A DNA stretch of 64,000 nucleotides, taken from Phallusia mammillata (Eukaryota). This document shows positions 39,091 to 52,700 of the stretch, piece by piece; the first letter of the stretch is position 1, and each line of letters opens with the position of its first letter. Below the pieces are notes generated by a model that ran no database searches, was not told the origin of the DNA, and saw nothing but the letters and a program-made list of their open reading frames with translations. A program made the translations under genes and the position numbers. The stretch spans positions 8,122,001 to 8,186,000 of the forward strand of contig OZ281500.1 in assembly GCA_965637545.1 (NCBI GenBank), read 5' to 3'.

Positions 39091-42000
39091 TCAGTTAGCA
39101 ATAGCTATAACGTCCTTTTCATCTCGCCTTTCCAAAACATCCCGCACAACCTCTTCGCGAAATCGAGTCCAGTCTGTTTGTTCAGCGAGCTGACTTCGTA
39201 TGTAGGCCTCCGTGGGATATCGTCCAATCACTCTGTTCACCTTGCGTAGAGTCCTGGGACCCGCGTGTTTCAGGAAAAGCTTTTTGGAGATGAAAACACA
39301 TTCCGCCCCTTCGCTCACCAGCGAAAGCCGAAGTTCTGTTCGTTTCATCAGCTCTTCAAGTCCCTGTGGTTAAATTTCAATTTAGGTTTAAATTAATGAA
39401 ACAAAAATAAAACCCTCAAAATTGTCATATTTTTGTTGCATATTACAATGTTCTAAAAATAAAACACACAACAATGATTAAAATAGCGAGGAAAAAAACT
39501 TTTTTGGTGTTAAAACACTCACTGGATTTGGTAATAATTAATTACTTTTAGCGAGCTCAAAGTGTTATAACTAGCCTAGTTGTAGTTTTGGAGCCCTTTT
39601 AATTTGATTTCTGTGCCTTTTTTGGTAACAAACGACCCAATATTTCACCCCAGTCTGACATGAGAACTTACAAAAACGCATCCACTATTTAGGGTTGCAA
39701 TTTGAGCAAATTTAGGCTTGGTTGGTTTCGTCTGTTTTGGGGCAATTGTTTTTACAGAGTTAGCTGCAATCTTCCATTTGTCTCTTGGTGTGAGACTTCG
39801 AATTGGCGAAAGATTTCCTCTTTTTGACACAGTATATGGAGTGTCTTCCATCACTGAAGGACGTATACCTCTTGTCCTGCAATATCCCGACATGATTTAC
39901 ATAAACCGAGAGACACATTTTTAAAAACTTTCCTTGTCCTTTTTTCGGTCCTGGACCCCCCGTATAAGTTTTAAAATTGAAAACTCCTATGGCAAGCATG
40001 CACAATACGATAAATATAATAAAACAGGTGAATTAAAGATTCTATTTGAATAAGAAACCGATGCTGTAAAGGCCAAATATATACATCTTAAATTCCAAAG
40101 GATGAATGACTTAATGTCTTCATGAACTTGAATCAATAATCAACGGTTCGTTATAGTCTTCACCCACCAAGCAATGACCTGGGAGATTCTAGTTTAAATT
40201 TAAAGTATACAATTAAAGGTGAAGGACGTTTCAAACATGCATTTCTCAATTAGACAGTTGCATGGACCCCTTGCTTGCTACGTGCATTAAACCAAAGGGG
40301 TTATTACCATATGTTAAGATACCCTAATAAATCTCTTACCAATTAGATCTACACATTGTAATAAAGCTTCAAGATAACAAAACATCATATCCATGATAGT
40401 CGGCACATAATGTTGGCAAAATAATTAAGGGGTATTCCGGTCTGTCGTGAAACTACCCGTATCATGTCGTGGTCGTCATGTCATCACGTAAGTTCTGACC
40501 GACAACTTATTGTACCTTGCGTAATTCGCGGCTGTGATTACTTTGTGATGTGACTCGTCTCCACCGTCCACTGTAACTCGGGGCCAATTTCCTGTGGTTT
40601 CTTTGTTTTGCTTTATTCCGTTCAGCTTTTGATGACGTGTGACCCCAGACCGACTGACGTCATTACCCATCATCGCCAACGTTTGCTGTAAGAACACGTG
40701 GTGGGGTAAACTGTGCCAGATTTCTTATTTTGTTGGAAGATGTCGAAAACAACGTGGGTAAAGTTGTCTTACGCGTTTTGCTTTATGATAAAGTGATAAA
40801 GTTTTGTGCTTACTAAGATTTTGTATTGCTTAGTGTGAAAATCATTCTTCGGATTGCTTTGGTTTAATTCCATAACATCGATCCCGTTGGGTTGGAACTA
40901 AAAGCAAATAAGATGAGAATAAATGCGCATAAGTCTACTGACAGTTGTGGTGACTTACCTTTCGTTTTCGCTTTGACACAAGTGGATGTGGATTGGCAAT
41001 TTCATCCGGATGAAGAAAGATTCCGTTCCGATGAGGACGAGATTCGACCGATGTGGGCAACAGACGTTCAAATCCTGCCATGTTCACAGCCAGTGACACT
41101 AAACAAACGATTTGGTCATTAGATTCATTAACTTCTTTGAAGAGAAGGTTTGTGAATGCACATGAAAGCAATTTTTAATAGCATTGTTATAGGTTTGAAA
41201 GACACTTACTGCTTCGTGGTTGTTGAGCGCGTTTTCTTGTCGGTTGATCGAGCAACGGAAGGTTAATTTTAGGCTGAAAGCTGCTGCGCGTTGTGTTATT
41301 GGACGTTGAAAACTGACATCTGCCGCCATCTAGTGTACACACGATGCGGCACTGCAGAGAGCAACTCAAGGTTTATAACAAAATTGTTATTTTAAAAATA
41401 AAATGTAACAAATTGTTACCTCTCCGGATTTGACAAAAACGATGAAGTTGGAGAGAAAGTTATTCTTAACAACCACGCACGCTTTGCGATAATATTGATA
41501 CTGGAAGTGTGCGAACGAGGCATCACCAAGAACCGACACAGGCCAATCTCTGCGGTCAAAACAACACGTTCGTGTCAAGAGGTAAAGATAACAATGCCAA
41601 GGTTAAGCACTGCGACGACAGATTCCCTTTAAGAGTAGCCGTTCTGTTTATAAGCGTTAAAAGATGGATAGAAGTTATATTTAAGGACCACGCCCAGCTA
41701 TAAGGTGTTATCTGAAAAGCAAATAACTGCGTTCAAAGCTTTTGTTACTGCGGTGGTCCCAACACGCGCTGGGTTTGGCTTTTCGTTTACACCAGTCTTT
41801 AATATTACTTATCAAACACACTATAAAACAAATCAATGAAACTTACTCTAAAATATCAAGGTCTTTGCAAAATTCAATAACTTCCTCTCGTTGTTTGTAA
41901 ATCGGTCTTCGCACAATCGCGTCGAAGTCTTCTTTGTAGATGACGAGCAGTTCTACATCATCTTTACACACAACTGATGCTGTGCGCACAGTCTTGTTTA

Positions 42001-44092
42001 ACAACGCCACCTTTGAAGGTAAAATACATATAAATGGTGGGAGTTTGGACATTCAAAAGAAACGTGAGAATCACTCGGTAAACACAAACTCGCCAAAAAA
42101 CCGTCGACACATTATGATAAATCCAGGGATTTAAAACACATGTTTTCATGTCTTGCAATCAAGGCAAAACGATGTAAACGTAGTTTAATTAAAATCGGTT
42201 TAGTTTACGATTCCAATTTTATGCAATCATACCTCTCCAAACACCTCCCCCTCTTTGATTTCATTGATGGTTTGCACCATATCCTCGCCTTTTTGTCCAG
42301 CAACACGTTCGTTGATCAAACACGTCCCCGATAGGATTATGTAGAAAGCTGATGGAGGGTGACCTACAAGCATTAACTTTACTATTTGGTCCTGAAAAGA
42401 TCGTTTTTTTTTCGGTAAAATACCTTGCTTAATGATCACCCTTCGCGATTCGTAACTTTGGTAGATCATAACTTGGCACATTTTAAGTCGGATATTGGCC
42501 GGGTGTTTTGAGAAGGCATTCTTGTTTTGCACCAAAGCATGAATCTACAGAGAATAGCGTTTATTATGCGGTAAAATGCAATTCAACTTAAAAAAGAACT
42601 CACCATTTTAACGTGACGTTTGCTTCTTGCCTCTGGTGCTATTGCAAGTAATTTCTTTAGTTTGCTGCTGCCTTTGTTTGCCTGCACGGACAAACGTTAT
42701 TTGTTACGACCAAGGAGTTGGCTCTTTGTCATAACATAGCTTACTATGTACGAGGCGCTGTAATAATGTGGATTGAATGAAAGTTTCTTGTTCAAATCGG
42801 CCTGGAGATTGAGTTGCATTTCCACAAGAGTCAGTTGCTCGTCCGTTTCTTTTTGTTTCACATATCTTTAAACAATGTAAGAGTAAAAATTTGTTCGTAC
42901 GAAGCGAAAACCAGGAAAATTACCTTTTCAGAGCCAGGCAAACTTCGACGATAATACGAATGCTTCGAAGAATTCGTCTCAACTTTTCCAGTGGCTGTAA
43001 AAAAAAACAGTGCGTAACACCGCAAAATATGATTTCCATCGCCAACCGTAGCTCAAGTCCTTGACCCGATATCGCACCTGGACTCAGCCAGCCTCACGAG
43101 CATAAGCTGCTGGTGTCCAGGTGCGATTTAACACAACTTATCTTGGCAACAAAAAACAACAACGCACTTGAAGATTAAAGCGTAAGAAACGTTAGAGTTT
43201 ATACTCTACAATTAATCACCAATATTTCCACTTTGGAGTTTTTCGGTTGTGAAATTAAAGACAAATACAAATTGCAAAAATCACTCGTGTTTTGCTAAAA
43301 AAGATTCGGTCACAGTTGCCACGCTTATTGAAAAGTTTTAATTATTTGAAATTAAAACTGTAACACAATTTATCACAGGGACTTTTTCACATTATGTCAA
43401 GCAAAGGACCTATAATAGGCATATATGCAAACCTTCTCCACATATTCGGTCGCTTGTTTGCTGTTTTCTCTTTGCAGACGAGCCTTTTCTGCTCTACGGA
43501 GCTTTCTAAGAAACTTAACATGGGCACTTGCTGTACGTAACGCGCGATTAATCTTCAGTCTGCCAGGCGACAACTTCGGTGTCACAGACTTTGGGCTGCT
43601 GATGTCTTTTGAGGCCAAACTAGATAGCGCGGGTGTAGATTTGTTGCGTTTCAATCTCCCTTCAAAGTCCTTTTTAGGCTGATGCTCGGCTGAGGTTATA
43701 TGGTGAACTCGACTCTCACTGTCGGAACGAAGCTCAGAGCGATGCTGATGACCACCAACCCTCGGTACCGACCTCAATCGCTGTGTTTCCGACGAATTAG
43801 GCTTTGCATTGAGTACTTTCGGTAGCTCCATTGTGAACTTACTACCAGCCTTTTGATAAGCCTCTGTGATAAGCACTGACGGTATCGGATCTACTTCAAT
43901 ATATCCAAACTCCGATTTTGGGGTTAATGGGAGATAATAATCACTTTGTCCATCAACCACAGCAATATCGGCTCCGCTTGTGGTGCCTGACAGAACTGGT
44001 GCTGTGAGGCCAAAACCTGACATGACGCTAGACGTGCAAACCGTAGCTTTCTTCAGGTAGTCGTCCCATTTTTTCTCACCGTCCCCTTCCAT
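39091..44092 (-). CDS. Cyclic nucleotide-binding domain protein, CNBD2-like, multi-exon; internal exons only partly resolved
   Basis: First exon 44092-43433 (220 codons, low complexity). Later exons give RRVIIKQG/HPPSAFYIILSGTC…GEVFGE/VALLNKTVRTASVVCKDDVELLVIYKEDF (cNMP-binding fold with FGE…RTA cassette), a second degenerate CNB segment, and a C-terminal LVSEGAECVFISKKLFLKHA…YPTE…QTDW. Confidence 0.8.
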
Positions 44093-45524
44093 TATGCGCA
44101 ACTAAATTACGCTTCACAATACACCAGCGTTTACCGGTTCATAAAGTTTTGTACCTTACCCGTCCAGCTGCGTGTAAGAAACTTTAGTGTCACGCCATTA
44201 TAGGTTGGAGTATAAGACCGGGCTATAACACACAAAATAAGCAGCTTTTGTCAGAAATGTTGTGTTCGCGAGTTTTTACGTGACCAAGCTATTTTGATTT
44301 AGGATTTAGTCAGTTGAGTTTAGCATCCAGGCAACATACGCACATTGGCCGCCACTTAGCTATTACTTGGCCGGATTATCTTGCCCGATGACGCGAAACA
44401 AACTTATTGTCGCAGTCAACAGTCACAATTTTTGTTTGCTAAGACGCTTAAGGTATGACTCGGACATCGATGCGTTATAAGCACTGCAAGTCATCCAGAC
44501 CCAAGCGACACAGTCGTTAAAACTAGTTTAAAGTGCTCTCTTTTTGTTTTCTTGTTGGCAGTAAATCAAATCATTAAAATTCTGGATGCAACGAATAAGC
44601 GTAATTAACACGATCCTATAGGATAAATTATTTCACAAAGTTATAAGTAACTTATACGCATGAAAAAGTGCATAACTATGACTTTGACCTCGCTCAAACC
44701 ATTCACAGATGATTAAACAAACACCATTCCCAGCGACTAACCAATAATATAAGTTTCTGCAAAGTACAGTAACACAAACAAATATAACCAATATAGCACA
44801 ACTCCTAGATGAGAGGAAAAAATTGTTTACTTCGAAAGAGAGGTTTCTTTGTCCGTAAGCTGCTTGAATCTACCTCTTTAGAAACTTATCAGGATTTCTT
44901 AGCCATATGACGAACACCCCTAAAAGATCAGTAAACTTCATTGTAAAATACACTGCCTGGCTTGCAGTAATTGATTAATATTGTGAGATGTAAACTCAAG
45001 TACCCATCGATTTAGGTTGTCTGTTAAAAGGGGTCGAGAGTGTGTTGAAACCGCTAAAAAGGTACACAAAGACGAAACGTTTATCAGCAATAAAACTATA
45101 TAAACAAAGACAATATTGAAACACCACTCCCTTGCATCGCTCAGTGTTGGACAGAACTGATCTCAATCTAATGCAACTTTTCCTGACTAGCTACACTGAG
45201 ATGGCTGATGTTTCTGTTGATGTCACTAGGTCCCAGCAGCTGACGTAGTCCACCAGCACCGTTCCCAGACTCGAGTGAAAGATGAGACCTTAACTCGATT
45301 AGTAAACAACTGTCAAGAATGTTTGCCGTCCCACTCGACAAACACCGAAATAATAGCGAGACATCAGATCGAAGTCTTGTTCGGAGTTACATCAAACAGC
45401 ACCATGGTTGGGATAGGACACACACAAATTCGTATGTTTGATAAACGACAATTGAAAAGCTTGCTTGTAGGTTTCGCTCACACAGTTGTGCAAGATAAAC
45501 AAATAATATTTTAATAATTGTCAC

Positions 45525-46177
45525 CAGTGGTGGGATTCAACATTTTGTCAGCCGGTTCTATCACAAAAGTCATATTTTTCACCTTGTTCTGTTACAAAAA
45601 GTAACCAGTAATGCTAACCGGTTTGCTGGTCCAGAGTTGCAAGCGGGCCCGAAATCTGAGCCCGAACCCGGCCCGAACCCGAAAGTATAAGCCCGAAGCC
45701 CGACCCGAACCCGAAACGTCTTTGAGAAGCCCGTTTAGGCCCGAAATTTTGATTGACAGGTCTATCCACGAAAGCCTTGCAACAAAGTATGAGAAAGAAA
45801 AAAGAGAAAAGACAACAAACACAATGAACAATAGTAGACAATGGGGTAAACAATACGTTTTAGACCAGGGTGGGCATTCGATCAAAGCGAGAGAATTGTT
45901 ACTAAAAAATGACGGAAACGGAACGTAAAGTCAGGCCCGTTTTGAGCCCGTTTTCTGACAAATACCTAAGCCCGAACCCGGCCCGAACCCGGCCCGAACC
46001 CGGCCCGAACCCGGCCCGAACCCGGCCCGAACCCGGCCCGAACCCGGCCCGAACCCGGCCCGAACCCGGCCCGAACCCGGCCCGAACCCGGCCCGAACCC
46101 GAACCCGGCCCGAAAAGCCCGGCCCGACTTGCAACTCTGTGCTGGTCTCATAAAAATTCGTGAGACGGTTCTATAGA
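45525..46177. mobile_element. Second copy of the CAGTGGTGGGATTCA MITE, interrupted by a nested element; right TIR lost
   Basis: 45525-45631 and 46140-46177 align colinearly with 19621-19770. Confidence 0.85.
45632..46139. mobile_element. 508-bp hAT-type MITE with an internal 11-bp tandem array, nested insertion
   Basis: TIRs CAGAGTTGCAAG / CTTGCAACTCTG; perfect TSD TGCTGGTC; 12 copies of GCCCGAACCCG at 45970-46101. Confidence 0.93.
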
Positions 46178-48117
46178 ATTGACAATTATTATTATTAGTT
46201 TGCTGTGCATGGAAACCAATTAAAGTTGACAAAACAGCAAACAAAAAATAATTACACTTGGTTTGCAAAAACAAGCTTGAAGTAAATGTGAGGTTTTCTA
46301 GTGGGGGCAGCTCAACTAGCTCAAGTTGAAAAAGTAATTACCGTTAAGTGACAGTCTCTGAGTGGTGTAATCCTCCATTGTGACAATCGATAACGTCGCA
46401 AACCTCCTTGTCGGCTCCTGTGCGGCGAAGCTGGACAAGAAATGACACGGTCAATTGTAATTAAACTTTTCACAATAAGGTTTATTAGTTTGCACCAGAG
46501 CTGTAAGATGGCCTGAAAGTACAATATTAAAACCGGCCAAACTTTTTTTACAAAACAAGGTCCCAATCAGGCTTTAAAGTTGGTGAAAATGCAACAAATT
46601 TTTTTGGCCAATTGTAAAGTCAAGTTTTATTGAAACTCAAGCCTGAGACAAAGTCCGAAACCGACCCTAAAGCCCAGCCCGACTTACAATTTCAGATTGA
46701 TCGATAGAAAAGTTCTGGATTTTGAACAATGTTGAATGGTCTTTCACGCATATGTTTTAGAACCCGCTGCAAAATACGATTATACTAGTTTTTGCCATTA
46801 CTTGATAACACGCGCTTACCTAAATCAGTGAACGCATCAGGCATTAACCTTCACTGCCAAATCCACTTATAGCTTACTTACATGTGTAATAGGAATTTCT
46901 TCGGCTGTTGGCGCTAGAGTTTAATCCACCTTTTGGAACCGTCAAATTTTGTGAGTTGCGAAACGGATGCTCGCCAGTGGAAGAATTGAAAGACGCTGAT
47001 GGTGAGATTGAACTCTTTGTAGACATCGTCCAGCTAATTAATCACAACGCCAGAAATAACCAGTAACTTTCAACTGACAATCTGTCATGCAGGTGAACAT
47101 TGAACTATTTGCTTTTCTAAGGGTCAACACTTGATAATCACCGACGTTTATAACTCAACGAATTCAAAGTTTAGCTGATTAAATATACTTCACATTGGTT
47201 GTGTAAACTGTTTGCAGTGCTAGGTGTTGTCTTTAGGTCATTGCACATTTGCGCAAACCATATTTAGCCACAAAGCAAATTTAAATCTACACATTCCAGT
47301 GCCAGGAAGACCGGCTTCATTCGGTATAACGCCTCGTGTAGAGTGACATATCTAAACAGCACGCCTTTAATATGCCTGGCGCACTATATAATTTATCGAT
47401 ATGTATGCCGTGATCGCTGGTCTGTATCAACGCTTCAGGGCTGATCCCAGTATGAATATGTTCATCTTAGTTTCACACTAAACAGATTTTCATCTAACGT
47501 TTGGTATAATTTTCCTTGTCTATTTAGCTACGAGATTTTTACCACAAACGACTACCCAGCATTCTCTCTCTTAGCATGAGTTGCCAACTGTAGAGTCACA
47601 CTCATTGGCGCCTCACATCTTTGTTTAGTTTGCTGAAATTATGTTCGCATGTAGTGATTACTGAAGTGTCTGTTGTGTTTTGTCCCTCCTACACAGAGCA
47701 ACGGATTTCGCGTGTTGGTTTAGACAAGTTTTATGGAATGATGATCGTGTTGTGTGACGAGGCCTATATGTTACACAAATCGGACCTTTAAAAACCGCAA
47801 AGTCATTGATACGACCATCAAGTACGATCAAGTCACCGAGTCCAATAAGCCGATTATCGAAGAGCAAGGAGGTTGAAGATTTTTTTTTCAACATTTTAAA
47901 CAATGCTGTGTATGTGGGTTAGCGACCAAAAAGACTTCCCTGTCAACACATAAAGCATTCTTAAACCGCAGGTAGCTCTTGTCCTTGACTTCCTGGAATA
48001 AAATAAATCCAAGCACATTTGGGGAATAAGGGAGATAATTGTCAGAGGGCAGTACAAACTATTTCAGGTTGAAAAAGACAAAATTCGAAGTAAGCAGGCA
48101 AATCTTTAGGTTTAAAA

Positions 48118-48903
48118 CAGGGGTCTCAAAACTCTAATTCTATTAAGAGCTGTAAACTAACTTCAAGGTAACTCGAAGACTGAAAAAAAAACATTTCTTT
48201 AGCAAAATAAGACTAACTTTTTAAATGTAATGCGCTTACGCACATAGTTATAGTGTCTTATTTATAATAGCACCGTCACCGTTCTTTAGATTTTGTATTT
48301 CTTACAATTTTTTTGTATTTTAGCTGTTGTGTTGCAGCACTTTTCTTTCGTTTAGTTATTTGTAGACTTCATAAATTTTTCACGTTATTTGTATATTTGT
48401 TGTAATTTTCGCACACTCTTGCTTATGTTTGACTGTGTTTTCAATTATTATTAGCATTGTTCATTGCAAAGACACATTTCACGTACCACTGCATTTATTA
48501 GTGACCGTCTCGTACTGATGTTTATTAAGCGACTTTTTTTTAGGATTTCAGGCAGTTCTTGCTTCGGCCTCGTGTTGTTCGGACTGTCCCGTAATGATAA
48601 GTGCCGCAGTTGCGCAGTTGCATCGATCCTTGTGGTTGCTATGTGCAGTTGTGCTGTTACCTAAGTTTTTTGATACTGTATACATTATACCGTTACTTCG
48701 CAAGAAGGGCACCTTTGCTTGGCTTCACGGGCAGCACAAAAATTTTGTAGATCTGGATGTGGTCCATGCTATTTTTTACGGGGTTCGAATCCTGGAGGCT
48801 CCCAGGGACGAACTCCGATTGTTTTTTTTGTCTGCATGTGGGTCAGGCGCGCCAGACCATTCGGCCTAGTTCCTGCCCCCGGCACATGAGTTTGACATCC
48901 CTG
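48118..48903. mobile_element. 786-bp hAT (Charlie/Buster-like) non-autonomous element
   Basis: Imperfect TIRs CAGGGGTCTCAAAACTC / GAGTTTGACATCCCTG; perfect TSD GTTTAAAA; no long ORF. Confidence 0.88.
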
Positions 48904-49739
48904 GTTTAAAATCTGAAAATACTGACACCTTGCGGATGTTTTGTCATCAGACCTATTCCTAATGTGCGTCACCTCGTGCCATCTTGGTTTGCTTCCGTGT
49001 TTGTCGTAAAGAAAAACATGAATTTGGCGTCACGATTAGCATTTGCCGTTACTGTATGTTTCAACACTTTGTTATATTTTTTTAATCGCCAAATTGGGTC
49101 GCTTCTGATCGTTTGCCTTCACTGTTGCTGTTATAATTGTTCCTTTGTCATACAGGTCTGATTACTAAAATTGCGATTATAGCACTACATGAAATTTAGT
49201 TTCTAGGCGCGGCATTCAAAGGAAATGAGATTCTTAATTATAGACAGTCCATAATAAAACACCACGGACAAAAAAACAAACAAACAATTTGTAGTTTTTT
49301 TGACTAAAACTTATGTTAATGAGTTCGGCTGCAACGAAAACGTAGTAACGGCAAACTTAATCACAAAAATGAACACAAAATCGAAGCAGTTTTAAATCAA
49401 ACCATTTGGGGAATCGATTTATGTATATGTACTCTATAGTCTGTGGTATCTGTTGGAGCACGTAACCTTAATATGATCAGACCCTACGTCACATACCAAG
49501 CAATCTCAAAAAATTGTATGTTAATTTGCCGTCTGTTGCCGTTTACCTCTTATCATAAAATAAACCCATTTTTACTAAGCGAATTAATCAATTTTTAACA
49601 AATTGCTAATCGACCAACAAAGACGTATAATCGTTCCAACCTCGACCTAAAAATCCAGTTATTTAATGTTATCTGACAAACGCTGTGTCTAAACTTGAAT
49701 GTCGTAAGGGTTATTTCAGCAATGGTAACATTGCAATGT

Positions 49740-52700
49740 ATGTTAACTGTATCTTTACTGTCACTATGTTACAAAACATATCCGGTCATTGTAGCAGAGG
49801 GGAGTAGAAACATAGAACACCAAGGCATTGATTTCGCCAGGGTTATGCCAAAGGGAAGGCAGAAACTAAAACCAAAAGTCATTGAGTCACAGTCTATCCA
49901 GAATGAAATTGTTAATGGTGATTTGTCAAAGATGGGCAACAACCAATCATTGTGGATTGATGGAGCGCGTTCTTGGCAAGCGTTAAACGCTTCTAGTACT
50001 GTTACAGGAAAAAACACGGGACCATTTCAAGCTTATTACATCACATGTAGGTATATGGTGTACATAAAATGCCCAAATGATTTCGTATACTGGTAGGCAC
50101 GTTTGGTATCACCTTTTTTTTAACTTTTTCAGCGTTTCCTTGCTCTAAATTGTGCTTGGGATGCCATTCGTGCTCCAACTATACCGGATCATGCATGTGT
50201 AGCTGTTACAATGGATTTACGTCAACAAGCGAAGGTGAATGTGAGCCAGGTAATATTGACATTTGTGTTATGATACTTGACCATAGCAGTTCGAGAATTT
50301 CCCGCCGTGATAAAGTTTGTTTTTGATTTTTTATTACTTTATTTGATTTTTTAAGTGTTTTTTTTTTCAATGTTAGCGAACTGATTAAGCGTTATTTTTT
50401 ATTTTATCTAGTTTACTGCCAAGGACATTCCATAAATTTTCCACAAGATACAAACATTGAGGTTTTGTTTCCAAGAACATTCGTTGGGTATAGAAATTTG
50501 TCGACAGACGTATGTCCTAGCGGCACCGTAAACAGTAAGTGTCAGCCGTATGAGTTCACTTTACAGCACATGCCGATCTGAAGCGAGTTTTTCTTCTTAC
50601 TAAACGTTGTAACAAAAAACGATGTACTTTGTTCACCTAATTCGACTCAATTACGATGTACGTTGAGCGTATATATCAGAGTTGCAAGTCGGGCCGGGTT
50701 CGGGTTCGGGCCGGGTTCTATAATATCACTCAGCTAAGTAACAATTCTCGAGCTTTGACCTAATGCCCACCCTACTCTAAAACGTATTGTTTACCCCATT
50801 GTCTACTATTGCTCATTGTGTTGGTTGTATTTTTTTCTTTCGCATCTTTTTTTGCAAGGCTTTCGTGGATAGGCCTGTCAATCAAAATTTCGGGCCTAAA
50901 CAGGCTTCTCAAAAACGTTTCGGGTTCGGGCCGGGTTCGGGCCGGGTTCGGGCCGGGTTCGGGCCGGGTTCGGGCCGGGTTCGGGCCGGGTTCGGGATCA
51001 GAATTCGGGCCCGCTTGCAACTCTGGTATATATAGTTTACTGTTTGATTTTGAAAATGAGTGATTAAATTAGTAACACGACCTTTAATTAAATCACCTCA
51101 TGTACCTTAAACCCCACTACTAAAATTATTATGCCCCCTACTCGCAATTTTTTCTGTCACTTTTTTAGTGTTACTTTGTGTTGTCGCAAGTTGAGTATCA
51201 TGACCAATTTCATTTCACTTTTGTCGGCTTGTTTTAAGGCGGAACACCCTATGCTATTCGAGAATGTCATTTGGATGGTTTTTGGGCTACCCCTGTGTGG
51301 TTATCATCATGTAATGCGCGGATTGAGGTTGGTTATCAGTTAAATGTTTTTTCTCAATCAGTCACAAACGATGTTTTATAAGGATTATCTTCACTCAACT
51401 ATAAACTCCAATGAACATCGACTTCAGGTGGCAAATGATCTGGAAGTAATGACATCACAACCAGTGCAACTACAAGCTTGCTTCATTACTGCTGTTTCGG
51501 AGATCCTTGCCAAAGTTGTGAATACACCAGTTTTGCCCATAAAGGTTTCGATATTTGTTCAAATTACTTAATTTAGGTAACATTTCTGCGTGGGCTTTAT
51601 AGGTTGCACAACTTTTTAATGCGACTGTTTTCTGTACAGAGTGCGCGAAAATGTGCACGTTAAAATGTGCGCACATTTTTCGAAAATTTTAGAGGCCAAA
51701 GTATATCTCAGTAAAACGAAGGCCATTGCCAAATTCTAAAGGTAAATTTGAAAAATCGTTTCGCCTTCTGTTGTTACTTGTAACTGAATGAAGTAATATT
51801 GTTCGACACAAAATATTTTTTACATTTAACATACATATACACTTATACAGTCGAACAACCTGACAAGTAATGATATTGTAGCAATTCGTCTAGGTTGTGG
51901 CGAAACGCCCTCCGAAAGTACTGCAAAATTACAACGTTTTCTTGAAAAACGTGATGGCTGAAAGACGATAATGCTTTAAGAAGGGAAGCTGAGATGGTCA
52001 AAGCAAATGTCTTCACAAGCCACTTTAACGATATATACTTTGTTTACGTATCTCGTGTTGTTTTCATAGCTTATGCCGTTTGTACGTTGATTAAACGGAC
52101 AAAATGGTTCATAGTTGCGTGGCTGTACGAGGATTTTTCATCGTTGACGCAAATCTACGGCATCTAGTTTATGCCACGTGTACATAATTACTTGATATAG
52201 TAATCTATCCATTCTAGTGTGTTTTGTCAAAATTTGGCCCCCGCTGAAAAAAATTCTGCCGGCGGCCTTGACTGTTATATGTAAACCATGTTAATTCAAA
52301 CACAATGCTTGTTTTCAAAGATTTCCAGCTCAGTCGCCGGGACAATCGGAAATATTTTAGATGCATCAGAGAAGGAAATTATAGCAAGCAAGCAATCAGA
52401 AAGGTTGAAACGTGATTGTAATTCACACCTTATCTCCTTTCGTGCTATGTCTCGTTACTACATAAGTTTAAACTAAACATAATTTAAACCAATTGTAGAT
52501 TGCTTGCAACTTTGCTTGCCTTGGGTGAAAACACGGAGCTGACTGAAGAGGAGTCGCGTTTGGACAAAGTTACGAAGTCCCTTGGTTTTTTTCTGTGTCC
52601 AATTTTGCATGGTTGTTTTTGCAAGTAATGCCAGCCAGTAAAGAAAATAACAAGCACCGTTTGCAGGATATTTTGACATTTATTTGGGTTTTATGCCCCG

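Noticed and set aside
45970-46101. CRISPR-like or telomere-like repeat
   Set aside because: Head-to-tail 11-bp units with no spacers, embedded in a MITE.
45909-46274. ORFs encoding PNPARTRPEPG / GPGSGRVRAGF repeats (also 45592-45928 and 50772-51063)
   Set aside because: They are translations of the 11-bp tandem array and body of a MITE bounded by TIRs and TSDs, not genes.
51284-51296. GGGCTACCCCTG resembling a hAT right TIR
   Set aside because: It lies inside a coding HRM exon (WATPVW); no partner TIR or TSD.
52205-52266. Possible transposon end AAAAAAATTCTGCCGGCGGCCTTG
   Set aside because: No matching left end or TSD found; too weak to call.
52580-52612. Apparent frameshift in a T7 run in GAIN module 1
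   Set aside because: The unshifted frame SLGFFLCPILH-G ends at a phase-1 donor and aligns with SMAFAVAQPFLQ-G of module 2, so no frameshift is needed.
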